DNA from: Candidatus Moraniibacteriota bacterium
GTDB taxonomy: Bacteria > Patescibacteriota > Minisyncoccia > Moranbacterales > UBA1568
NCBI GenBank assembly: GCA_013334245.1
Contig: JAAXXZ010000004.1
Span: 127-64,126 of the forward strand
Direction of reading: 5' to 3'
DNA: 64,000 bases
The notes under the pieces were generated by a model that saw only the letters and a program-made list of their open reading frames with translations, did no database searches and had not been told where the DNA came from. This document shows, in pieces, positions 20,641-29,642 of the stretch. The first letter of the stretch is position 1. The number at the start of each line of letters is the position of its first letter. The translations under genes were made by a program, and so were the position numbers.

Positions 20641-21734
20641 TAGTTCATCCCGCCGATGTTTTTCGCGAGTCCTTTTATCTCGAGCATCGTAAGGGCTGAG
20701 CCGGCTTCGCTTGTTCCAAGATGCGATGATTTGATGATTTCGTCAACATGAGCCGCTTCGTGCGTGAGCAGCGAAAGGATTTTTTCTTCCGACGGGGAGA
20801 GGTTTTTCGGTGTCGGTTTCGTGGCCGTTCCGGTGTCCGGTATCGGAGCGTCCTGATTCCCGCGGAGCGGGAGTTCCTCAAGTATGTCCCCGATGCCTCG
20901 CACGAGTTTCGCCCCGTCACGGATCAGGCGGTGCGTACCTGTCGAAGCGGGGGAGAATATGGATCCGGGCACGGCAAACACCTCGCGGCCGCATTCGAGC
21001 GCGTGGGTCGCCGTGATGAGCGAGCCGCTCTTCTCGGTTGCCTCCACGACGACCACGCCCAGGGAGAGCGCGGCTATGATCCGGTTACGGGCCGGAAAGG
21101 TACCGCGACCTGCCGCGGTGCCTGGCGGGTACTCCGAAATGAGGCATCCCGATTCCATGATCCGTTTCGCGAGGGGAAGGTGATCCTTGGGATGGATGGA
21201 TGCGTCATCGAGACCGTTGCCGAGGACAGCGATCGTCTTGTCGTCCGCCCGGAGCGTGGCGCCGTGCGCGACCGAGTCTATGCCGTATGCGAGGCCGGAC
21301 ACGACGACGATTCCGGCTCGCGACAGATCCTCGGCGATACGTTCGGCGGCCTGACGGCCGTACGCGGTGTGGTTGCGCGAACCGACGATGGATACCATGG
21401 GAACGTTCCAATCGTCGAAAGACCCGCGTACATAGAGGAGTGATATCGGGAACGGCGCCTCGCGGAGAAGCGTTGGGAATGTCTTGTCCGTCGACGGAAG
21501 GATGCGGATGTCATCGCGATCAAGAATCGGCCGTTCCCGTTCGGGATTGATCGTGTTTCGTCCCGCGATTATCGCGTCCAGCGTGTCTCGGCTCATCCCG
21601 GTCCGCTCCAAGGTCGAGGCATCCGCGTGCCATGCCTCCTCCCCGGATTCGAACGCCGCCATGAGCGAGCGGAGCCGGGTCTGTCCGATGCCGGGGATTT
21701 TCCGAAAACAGTGCCAATAGATCGAATCTTCCAT
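20628..21734 (-). CDS. dprA: DNA processing protein DprA
   Basis: Rossmann-like DprA core (GLAYGIDSVAHGATL, GSLITA) plus a C-terminal winged-helix region. Confidence 0.85.
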   Translation of the reverse strand: MEDSIYWHCFRKIPGIGQTRLRSLMAAFESGEEAWHADASTLERTGMSRDTLDAIIAGRNTINPERERPILDRDDIRILPSTDKTFPTLLREAPFPISLLYVRGSFDDWNVPMVSIVGSRNHTAYGRQAAERIAEDLSRAGIVVVSGLAYGIDSVAHGATLRADDKTIAVLGNGLDDASIHPKDHLPLAKRIMESGCLISEYPPGTAAGRGTFPARNRIIAALSLGVVVVEATEKSGSLITATHALECGREVFAVPGSIFSPASTGTHRLIRDGAKLVRGIGDILEELPLRGNQDAPIPDTGTATKPTPKNLSPSEEKILSLLTHEAAHVDEIIKSSHLGTSEAGSALTMLEIKGLAKNIGGMNYIRS

Positions 21735-21740
21735 TTTCTG

Positions 21741-21840
21741 TAACTTACAACTTACCACTGATAACTTACAACAGGAGTCAGAAAAAGTTCCCCTTTTCTC
21801 GTTGTTGGTTGTGAGTCGTCAGTTGTCAGTTCTAATAATA
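21741..21840. repeat. Second copy of the GTTGTAAGTT-unit palindromic element
   Basis: AACTTACAACTTACCACTGATAACTTACAAC ... GGTTGTGAGTCGTCAGTTGTCAGTT. Confidence 0.5.
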
Positions 21841-21879
21841 GACAAAACCTTTCCATTGGGCTAGGATATCTGGGAATAT

Positions 21880-21955
21880 GGGCCGTTAGCTCAGTTGGTT
21901 AGAGCGCCGCATTTGCAATGCGGAGGTCGCCGGTTCGAATCCGGCACGGTCCACC
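21880..21955 (+). tRNA. tRNA-Ala (TGC)
   Basis: Cloverleaf readable by eye: G3-U70 pair, anticodon loop TTTGCAA, T-loop GGTTCGAATCC, encoded CCA. Confidence 0.85.
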
Positions 21956-21979
21956 ACAATCCATCGGGAGTTGTGTCCC

Positions 21980-22040
21980 GGAGGTCGCCGGCCCGTCTCG
22001 CCGTTCGCGAACGGCAGGGTTCGAATCCGGCACGGTCCAC
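21980..22040 (+). other. Duplicated partial tRNA-Ala 3' segment (T-arm/acceptor copy with a 26-nt insertion)
   Basis: GGAGGTCGCCGG...GGTTCGAATCCGGCACGGTCCAC repeats the 3' part of the adjacent tRNA. Confidence 0.45.
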
Positions 22041-22052
22041 ATTGATCATCCG

Positions 22053-22695
22053 TATGGATATCGAAGAAATTCATTCCACAGTAGAGTGGGCGAAAGGCCT
22101 GACGGGCGGTGACGTTTCAGTTTCGAAGGAAAAGTATGGCGATCAGAGCTCGGTGCTCAGGCTGAATCTTTTGACGGATACCTTTTTCCTGAAAATCGGC
22201 AAGGGATTGGCGATGGAACGTGACCGGCTCGAATGGCTGGGGAAAAAAGTCTCCGTCCCGAGGGTGATTGGCTACACGGAAATCGACGGTAATGAGGCCT
22301 TGTTGCTGTCGGCAATCGAAGGAAAAAATCTCGCGGAACTGAAGAAGGAATGGCGAGCTGAAAAAGTGGTTGACGCTTTGGTTTTGTCGCTCAAGCGATT
22401 TCATTCTGTCGACGTGAAGGATTTCCCGTTCGGTGGCGCAGGAAAAGTGCTCGTGCACGGAGACGCCTGCCTTCCTAACTTCATTTTTAACGGAGATGAA
22501 CTTTCCGGTTATGTCGATGTGGGAGGTACGGCAGTCGATGACGTAGAGGCCGATTTTTCGGCGGCTATCTGGAGCTTGCACTATAATCTCGGTCCGGGAT
22601 ACGGGGCGATGTTCTTGAAACGGTATGGAATAGGGAATGTCGCGGACGAGTACGTGGAAATACTGAGGTTGCGTTACGAAGATAAGCAGGATTAG
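22053..22695 (+). CDS. Aminoglycoside 3'-phosphotransferase-like kinase (APH(3') family, short form)
   Basis: VHGDACLPNFIF...SGYVDVGGTAVDD closely matches the APH(3') catalytic/activation segment (HGDACLPN...SGFID.GRLGVAD). Confidence 0.65.
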
Positions 22696-22733
22696 TGGGA
22701 ACTCATATGATAGCGGATGTTGAGACGAGAAAA

Positions 22734-23360
22734 ATGAACGCAAAGGAGGCGCTCCGGCGGCTGCGGAAAGCGTACAAGGTGACGGGACCGTTCGTGGAAT
22801 GGTCGAACCCGCTCGAGTTGGTCGTGGGGACGGCGCTTTCGGCGCAGTGTACCGATGAGCGGGTGAACATGGTCACGCTGGAGCTGTTCAGGAAATACAA
22901 GACGGCGCATGACTATGCCGATGCCGACCAGTCGACCCTTGAAAAGGAAATCTACTCGACCGGCTTCTTCCGCAACAAGGCGAAGAATCTTCGCGGAATG
23001 GGAAGGGTGCTGGTCGAACGTTTCGGCGGCGAAGTTCCGGATACGCTCGAGGAGCTTCTCGCTCTCCCCGGAATCTCGAACAAGACTGCCTATATCGTGC
23101 TTGCCAAGGCGTTCGGGAAGATGGAGGGACTCGCGGTCGATACGCACGTGTTCCGACTGGCGCCACGGCTTGGCTGGAGTAACGCGAAGACGCCGGAAAA
23201 GATGTCGCGGGAATTGGGCGAGCTCTTCCCGAGGGAGGACTATCTCGACGTGAACGAATACCTCATCACACATGGTCGTGCGGTCTGTTCGCCTCGGAGT
23301 CCGAAGTGCGGCGAATGCGTCCTCTCGGATATCTGTCCTTCGTCGGGGACATTCGCCTAG
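22734..23360 (+). CDS. nth: Endonuclease III (DNA glycosylase/AP lyase)
   Basis: HhH-GPD fold (LPGISNKTAYIVL), FeS cluster CSPRSPKCGECVLSDIC; N-terminus aligns with E. coli Nth. Confidence 0.9.
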   Translation: MNAKEALRRLRKAYKVTGPFVEWSNPLELVVGTALSAQCTDERVNMVTLELFRKYKTAHDYADADQSTLEKEIYSTGFFRNKAKNLRGMGRVLVERFGGEVPDTLEELLALPGISNKTAYIVLAKAFGKMEGLAVDTHVFRLAPRLGWSNAKTPEKMSRELGELFPREDYLDVNEYLITHGRAVCSPRSPKCGECVLSDICPSSGTFA

Positions 23361-23449
23361 CGGATGTGGTATACTCCCGGTAATGAATCGGACATCTCCG
23401 CCGTTTCGCGTCGTTGGTCGTCCGTCATATAAACCGTGTCCTGCGGACT

Positions 23450-26110
23450 ATGTTGTTTCTCGTCTTCGTGGTCGGTCTCATCGGATTCAAGGTTCTTTTG
23501 TCGAGAGTGCAGGTGCTTGAGCGTAAGGTGACGGAATTGGAACATTCGGCTCCGATAGGGAGTCGGGAGACGGCGCGTCCCGTTCCCGTGCAATCGGTTC
23601 CGAATGCTATGCCAGCGTCATCCGGGGGCGCGCCGGTGACACTTGCACGGACCGCGGCACAAGAAACGATCGCACCGGCAGCTTCGATGTCGCAACCGAA
23701 AAAGTCGGAACCCGTTTCGATTCCCGAATCGGCAGGTTTCATGAAGACGACGTTGAACCGAATGGAGTCCGGCTCTTCCGAAAAGGGAACTCTCGAATCG
23801 AATATCGGAGGAAAACTTTTCACAGGCATCGGAGCCATCGCGGTCCTATTGGGAGTCGGATTCTTTTTCCGTTACGCGATCGAGGTCGGAATCATAACTG
23901 AGCCGGTCCGCGTCCTGCTCGGTATCCTTGCCGGCGTGGCGCTTCTCGTCGTCGGTCAGGTGCTGATGGGGAAATATGCCCGCTACTCCCAGATCTTGAC
24001 CGGCACGGGAATCGGCATGCTCTATCTTTCGCTTTACTTCGGATACGCGTCGTACGACCTCCTGTCTCAGGCGTTCGCGTTCGTACTCATGATCCTCGTG
24101 ACGGTCGTCGGTATCGCCCTTGCGCTCCGTCACGACTCGGTCTATCTCGCCCTCTTCGCGCAGATAGGCGGATTCCTTACCCCGTTGCTCGTGTCGGACG
24201 GTGGAAGCGCGACGCATCAGCTGTTCCTCTATATGCTGCTGCTTGACGCCGGCATGGTCGTGGTTGCCTGGAAGAAGCTGTGGATGCCGCTCACGTTGGT
24301 GAGTTTCATCGGAACGGCGCTTTTGTACTCCATGTGGTTTTCCAATTCTTTCGGTCCTTCACAAGCGGGGGTCGCTTCCATATACGCGTCGTTGTTCTTC
24401 ATTTTCTTCTTCGCGGTATCCGTGCTCCGTCAGACGCGGCATCACGAGCCTTCGGAAGCCAAGGAGGCGATACTCGTGCTTTTAAACGCGGGATATTTCC
24501 TTTTCATCGGTCTGGCGATACTCGAGCAGGTCCGCCCGGAACTCCGCGGAACATTCGCGTTCATCTTCGCCGCGTTGCACGGAATCGCCGCCTTCATGTT
24601 CCGCGAATACGGTGAGCGATTCAGGATGTTCACCAAGTTTCTCGCAAGCATCTCGGTCGTCACGTTGGCCATCGGTATCCCGATCCAGTTCGATCGGATG
24701 TACGTGACCATCGGTTGGGCGGCCCAGGGCGCCGTGCTGGCGTATCTCGGTTTCGCTCTCCGTTCGCGTCTCTTGCGCTCGTTCTCGCTGATCGCGTTCC
24801 TTCTGGTCTTCCTTCGTCTCCTTTCCGTCGATACGTTCGGCATCGCGGCCTCGGAGCCGTGGCTGAACGGCCGGATGATCAGCCTCCTGTTTTCCGTGAT
24901 TGCCTACGGCGTGGCGATATTCTTTTTCCATAAAGGGAAGGGAGACGCTTCTCCCGAGGAGTCGTCGTCGGTTTCCTTCCTGCTTCTCACCGGCCTTTTC
25001 ATGACTTTCGTTACCGGAAGCGCGCAGTCGTTCGGATATCATCCCGCCTGGGTGACGATCCTGTTCTGGTCGGTACTCGCGTTCGGTTCGGCGGTCGTTT
25101 CCTTCGGATTGAAGAACCGCGTCGGTCGCGTCTTCTCGCTTGTCCTGACCATGGCAATCCTCCTCGGGACGGTTTCATGGAGCGGACTTTTGTCGGCTTC
25201 GGTATCGGTCGGATTTCCGGGAAGCAGGATATTGGCGGCCGCGTTCGGACTGATCGTGATGGCGGGCATATTCTTCCTGTATCGTACTTCCGAAGGGGAG
25301 GATCGTCCGGAGGAACGGGACATAGCGACGACATTGCTGCTTCTTGAGGCATATCTGCTTACTGTATGGGTCGGGAGCGCCGAAATCGACCGTGTCGGTC
25401 CGTCATTCTGGATTCCCTTGTTCGCGGCCGCCGCATCGACGTTCGCCGGATGGATCTCATCGCGGTTCCGCGAATCGGCCGTACTCGGGGTGAACTATGC
25501 CGGTCTCATGATTTCGGGAATCGCGGCGATATTCATGAATCACGACGCCGCGGTCGCTTTTTCCGGCATGCCTATCCTCAATGCCCGAGTTCTCGTATTT
25601 CTCGTGGTGATCTTGTCCATGCTCCTGTTCCGGCAACTGTTGCGGCGGGAAGGAAAGAATACGCGGGTGTGGTCGGTTCCCGCCCGGAAGGCGCTTTCCT
25701 TCTTCCTGCACGCGCTCGGTTTTTTCCTCATGAATGTCGAGATATACGATGCCTTGTCTCCGACGTTGAGGCCGGTTTCCGGAGCTAAAACCGATTCGGT
25801 TCGACACGCGCAAAGCATGCGCAACGCGGCCCTGTCCGTGGCGTGGTCCGCGTACGCTATCGCGACCCTCGCATACGGGATCGTCAGGAAAAGCTCCGCA
25901 CATCGGCTGGCGGCAATGTTCCTGTTCGGTGCCGCGATATTGAAGGTATTTCTCTATGATGCGGCCGGTCTGGATACGTTCTACCGCTTCGTATCCTATT
26001 TTTCGCTCGGCGTCCTCTTGCTGCTTGCCGGGTATGCCTATAACCGGTACCGGGACCGAATCTCCGAATTTGTCCGCGATACCGGTAGTAGCGACGTGCT
26101 TAAAGGCTGA
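23450..26110 (+). CDS. Large polytopic membrane protein (DUF2339-like)
   Basis: More than 20 predicted TM segments after a coiled-coil N-terminal region. Confidence 0.5.
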   Translation: MLFLVFVVGLIGFKVLLSRVQVLERKVTELEHSAPIGSRETARPVPVQSVPNAMPASSGGAPVTLARTAAQETIAPAASMSQPKKSEPVSIPESAGFMKTTLNRMESGSSEKGTLESNIGGKLFTGIGAIAVLLGVGFFFRYAIEVGIITEPVRVLLGILAGVALLVVGQVLMGKYARYSQILTGTGIGMLYLSLYFGYASYDLLSQAFAFVLMILVTVVGIALALRHDSVYLALFAQIGGFLTPLLVSDGGSATHQLFLYMLLLDAGMVVVAWKKLWMPLTLVSFIGTALLYSMWFSNSFGPSQAGVASIYASLFFIFFFAVSVLRQTRHHEPSEAKEAILVLLNAGYFLFIGLAILEQVRPELRGTFAFIFAALHGIAAFMFREYGERFRMFTKFLASISVVTLAIGIPIQFDRMYVTIGWAAQGAVLAYLGFALRSRLLRSFSLIAFLLVFLRLLSVDTFGIAASEPWLNGRMISLLFSVIAYGVAIFFFHKGKGDASPEESSSVSFLLLTGLFMTFVTGSAQSFGYHPAWVTILFWSVLAFGSAVVSFGLKNRVGRVFSLVLTMAILLGTVSWSGLLSASVSVGFPGSRILAAAFGLIVMAGIFFLYRTSEGEDRPEERDIATTLLLLEAYLLTVWVGSAEIDRVGPSFWIPLFAAAASTFAGWISSRFRESAVLGVNYAGLMISGIAAIFMNHDAAVAFSGMPILNARVLVFLVVILSMLLFRQLLRREGKNTRVWSVPARKALSFFLHALGFFLMNVEIYDALSPTLRPVSGAKTDSVRHAQSMRNAALSVAWSAYAIATLAYGIVRKSSAHRLAAMFLFGAAILKVFLYDAAGLDTFYRFVSYFSLGVLLLLAGYAYNRYRDRISEFVRDTGSSDVLKG

Positions 26111-26200
26111 TACGGTACTTGATTCTTTTTTCGGCTCATGGTATCCTGTCGGGGACCTCTTCGGAGGCGTTGCTCCTGTCCAGTTTGAGCCGATTCTTTC

Positions 26201-26277
26201 GGGCGATTAGCTCAGTTGGTTAGAGCGCGTCACTGATAATGACGAGGTCCCAAGTTCGAATCTTGGATCGCCCACAC
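26201..26277 (+). tRNA. tRNA-Ile (GAT)
   Basis: Anticodon arm CGTCA-CTGATAA-TGACG and the canonical D and T arms. Confidence 0.85.
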
Positions 26278-26376
26278 TGCCGCCGACAGGCGGTAAGCAC
26301 CAAGCACCAAATAACAAGGACCAAAAGATCAGTCTATGTTTGGTATTTGGAGTTTGGAACGCGAAAGCGTTAGATA

Positions 26377-26448
26377 GCGGGGTAGAGCAGTCTGGCAGCT
26401 CGTCTGGCTCATAACCAGGAGGTCGTGGGTTCGAATCCCACCCCCGCA
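26377..26448 (+). tRNA. tRNA with CAT anticodon (elongator Met or Ile2)
   Basis: GCGGGGT acceptor, anticodon loop CTCATAA, G1-C72 pair so not an initiator. Confidence 0.8.
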
Positions 26449-26692
26449 ACAAGGAATGAAATGACGCAGTGAAGGGGAGCGAGTGAACTGCTTCACTCGC
26501 GAGTGGGATGAGAACGGATTTCCCCTGAAAGGGAAATCAGTGGCTCGAAGAGGAATCCCACCCCCGCAACAAGGAATGAAATGACGCAGTGAAGGGGAGC
26601 GAGTGAACTGCTTCACTCGCGAGTGGGATGAGAACGGATTTCCCCTGAAAGGGAAATCAGTGGCTCGAAGAGGAATCCTACCCCCGCAACCA
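26449..26692. repeat. Two perfect 122-bp tandem units, each ending in a copy of the tRNA-CAT 3' end, plus a third degenerate 3'-end copy
   Basis: 26461-26520 is identical to 26581-26640; each unit has two 8-bp hairpins (CGAGTGAA/TTCACTCG and GATTTCCC/GGGAAATC) and ends GAATCCCACCCCCGCAAC. Confidence 0.75.
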
Positions 26693-26815
26693 CGAAAAAC
26701 ATGCTATGCATGTCTCGTGGCACGGCGGAATCGTCAAGATGTTTTGTAGCGGAAATCTTTTTGAATTTCGTGGCCACGTGGCGAGCGAAACGAGTTTTGC
26801 GTGGCAAAAGACGAT

Positions 26816-27093
26816 ATGGCGTATTTTGTCTACGTTCTTGAGAGCTATGGTGACGGAAGTCTGTATATCGGATATACGGAGAACCTGAAGCGGCGATATG
26901 CCGAGCATCTTTCCGGGAAAGGAGGAAGACGACCCGAAGGAAGGACGATTGGAAGTTGATATATTTTGAAGGTTATTCCGATAAGTCCGATGCTCTCGGA
27001 AGGGAGAAATTTCTCAAGAGCGGTTCCGGAAGAAGATACCTGAAGAAACAATTGTCCCATTTTTTTTACGCTGGGAGATCGAAATCCCGATAA
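26816..27093 (+). pseudogene. GIY-YIG (YhbQ-like) nuclease gene disrupted by a frameshift near 26935
   Basis: N-terminal half YVLESYGDGSLYIGYTENLKRRYAEHLSGKGGRRP is in one frame; C-terminal half WKLIYFEGYSDKSDALGREKFLK is in another. Confidence 0.4.
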
Positions 27094-28967
27094 TGCGGAA
27101 AGTTGAAGAACGATGTATGTCTGGTCAGACGAATGATAAAAAGACGAAACTCCCGGCGAAGCGGATCTTCGCCTGGTATTGGAAGGTGTTGCGAACATAT
27201 CGACACGTGTTTTTTTTCGCGGTCGTCTTTTACGGGTTCGCGGCCGTTTCGGGGAGCGTCATTCCGCCGATCATCTACAAGGGTCTGACGGATGCGTTGT
27301 CTGGAACCGGTACCTTGACGATTTTCGGACATGCCGGGGCATGGGCCTGGGTCACCGCGCTCGGTTTCAACTACCTGTCGACCTATATATTGTTCAGGAT
27401 CGGAGATATCTTCTATTTCCGTCCGTATAGTCGGGCGGCGAAGGATCTCATCGACTTCACTTTCGATCGTATCGAATCACGCTCGCATGGATTCTTCGCC
27501 GATCATTTCTCCGGAAGTCTCGTATCGCAGGCGAGGCGGTATGTCGATGCGTTTGGATCCCTGTCGGATACGATCATCTACAATATCTGGATGCCGATCG
27601 TAAACCTTGTCGGAAGCCTGATCGGCCTGTTCATCTTCTCTCCTCCTCTGGCGGCGCTCTTCCTGACCAGCATGGCCATCATACTGCTGCTTCCGCTTCC
27701 GCTTCTCCGCAAGAGGATGTCGTTCGACGCGCTCGAAAGCGAGGAGGATTCGAAGGTGACCGGACGGCTGGCCGATGTCATCACGAATATCCTGACGGTG
27801 AAGATGTTCGCTTCCGGATCTGGCGAACGGAAGTCGTTCCGGGAGTTCACCGATCGCCAGGAGCATTCCCGGGGCAGGGCGGCTCGCGCGCTTCTGCATA
27901 TGATCATGTTGCAGAACGGCCTCGTCCTCGTCTTTCAGTTCGTGGGAATGGCCGTGTCGGTATGGCTCTGGTCGCGCGGGACGATCACGGTCGGAACGGT
28001 CATTCTCATGCAGGCCTATCTGATGGGCGTTTTCAGCATCGCGAACCAGTTCAACCGGTCCGTCTCCGAGATACTCCGATCGCTTGCGCGCGCGTCCGAG
28101 ATGGTGGAAATCTTCGAGTTGCCTCAGGACTTGACCGATCCGGAGCATCCCGAGACGTGCCGGATTTCCCGCGGTTCCATCGAGTTTCGTGATCTGTCGT
28201 TCCGGTATGCCGGCGGGAACGTCGTCTTTTCCCGCTTTTCGTTCGCGGTCCGCGCCGGGGAGAAGGTCGGACTCGTCGGACCTTCCGGCGGCGGAAAGTC
28301 GACGATTACGAAGCTCCTGCTCCGTTTCGCGGATCCTCAGGAGGGGGCGGTGCATATCGACGGACAGGATATCAGGAATATCCGTCAGGACGATCTCCGG
28401 AACGCCATCGCCTATGTCCCGCAGGATCCGCTCCTGTTTCATCGATCGCTGCGAGAGAACATCGCCTACGGCGATCCGAGCGCGACGGAAGCGGAAATTC
28501 TTTCCGCATCGAAGCGGGCTCATGCGCACGAATTCATCTCCAAACTGCACGAAGGATACGGTACGTTGGTCGGCGAACGCGGCGTAAAACTTTCCGGCGG
28601 CCAACGTCAGCGGATCGCCATCGCCCGAGCCATTCTCAAGAACGCTCCAATTCTCATTCTCGACGAGGCGACAAGCGCCTTGGATTCCGAGAGCGAGCAT
28701 GCGATTCAGGAAGCGCTTGCCGAGCTGATGAAAGGAAAGACGGCCATCGTCATCGCGCACCGGCTGAGTACCATCCGTCGGATGGATCGGATCGTCGTCT
28801 TGGGCGAGAACGGAACCGTCGAGGAAGAAGGTACGCACGAGGATCTGCTTGCCCGAAACGGTCACTACGCGGCACTCTGGGCCCGACAAACGGGGGGATT
28901 CATTGATGCCGATCCGGACGAGACCGATCCGCAGGACCATCCGATCCGCGACGTGCTTGATGTCTGA
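27093..28967 (+). CDS. ABC exporter, fused permease/ATPase (MsbA/multidrug type)
   Basis: 6-TM domain followed by Walker A GPSGGGKST, signature LSGGQRQR and Walker B ILILDEATSALD. Confidence 0.85.
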   Translation: MRKVEERCMSGQTNDKKTKLPAKRIFAWYWKVLRTYRHVFFFAVVFYGFAAVSGSVIPPIIYKGLTDALSGTGTLTIFGHAGAWAWVTALGFNYLSTYILFRIGDIFYFRPYSRAAKDLIDFTFDRIESRSHGFFADHFSGSLVSQARRYVDAFGSLSDTIIYNIWMPIVNLVGSLIGLFIFSPPLAALFLTSMAIILLLPLPLLRKRMSFDALESEEDSKVTGRLADVITNILTVKMFASGSGERKSFREFTDRQEHSRGRAARALLHMIMLQNGLVLVFQFVGMAVSVWLWSRGTITVGTVILMQAYLMGVFSIANQFNRSVSEILRSLARASEMVEIFELPQDLTDPEHPETCRISRGSIEFRDLSFRYAGGNVVFSRFSFAVRAGEKVGLVGPSGGGKSTITKLLLRFADPQEGAVHIDGQDIRNIRQDDLRNAIAYVPQDPLLFHRSLRENIAYGDPSATEAEILSASKRAHAHEFISKLHEGYGTLVGERGVKLSGGQRQRIAIARAILKNAPILILDEATSALDSESEHAIQEALAELMKGKTAIVIAHRLSTIRRMDRIVVLGENGTVEEEGTHEDLLARNGHYAALWARQTGGFIDADPDETDPQDHPIRDVLDV

Positions 28968-29139
28968 AGATGACGTTTTTCCTCGTATCGTTCCATTATT
29001 GAGGGCCGCCCGGATGGGCGGCCTTCGTTTTTACCCCTTGACATTTTCAGAAAAAGGACTATAATATGCGGTTTTATCGAACAGGGGCGTTTATGTGCGC
29101 CCGTGTCCGAAAAACGCCTAATCAGTGATACGAAGCAGT

Positions 29140-29640
29140 ATGAAGCGGGTGAATCTGTCGGTAGCCGCTCTCGCCGCGGTCGGCTTGCTTATGGCCGCAT
29201 CGGCGTCCGCGTGCGAAACCCCGAGGCCGATCGTGTGTGCGCCGGGAACCGTGCAAGATCACGGGATATGTCAGCCGAAGCCGGAGAATCCGGTCTGCGG
29301 GAATGGCAAGGTTGAACGCGGGGAGGCCTGCGACGACGGGAACACGAACGATAACGACTCGTGCACAAACAAGTGCGAGAAACAGATCGTGAAGGAAGTT
29401 CCGGTCGAGACGGTCGTGACCAAGGAGGTTCCGGTCATTACGACTGTGACCAATACGGTCGAGAAAGTCGTGTACAAGTACAAGCATCATCATGATAAGG
29501 ATCATGACAAGAAGGACAAGAAAAAGTCCTCGGTGAAGGATGTCCTTCCGGCGACCGGTCTGCCGGCAGTAGCCGTCGCGGGAGTCGCGCTGTCCGCTGC
29601 GGGCGTTTCCGTCGCGAGCAGAAAGTTGCGCAGGAAGTAA
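29140..29640 (+). CDS. LPXTG-type cell-wall-anchored protein with a Myxococcus-type cysteine-rich repeat
   Basis: Signal peptide; CGNGKVERGEACDDGNTNDNDSCTNKC; His/Lys-rich stalk; LPATG followed by a hydrophobic stretch and a KLRRK tail. Confidence 0.65.
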   Translation: MKRVNLSVAALAAVGLLMAASASACETPRPIVCAPGTVQDHGICQPKPENPVCGNGKVERGEACDDGNTNDNDSCTNKCEKQIVKEVPVETVVTKEVPVITTVTNTVEKVVYKYKHHHDKDHDKKDKKKSSVKDVLPATGLPAVAVAGVALSAAGVSVASRKLRRK

Positions 29641-29642
29641 CG

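Noticed and set aside
21886-22074. ORFs overlapping tRNA genes (21886-22074, 26207-26452, 26329-26616, 30951-31406, 38030-38215)
   Set aside because: They are translations of tRNA or repeat sequence; the tRNA cloverleaves are unambiguous
26449-26692. Possible CRISPR array
   Set aside because: Only two identical 122-bp units plus a partial copy, with no unique spacers; the repeated part is a tRNA 3' end, so this is an att-like tandem duplication and not CRISPR
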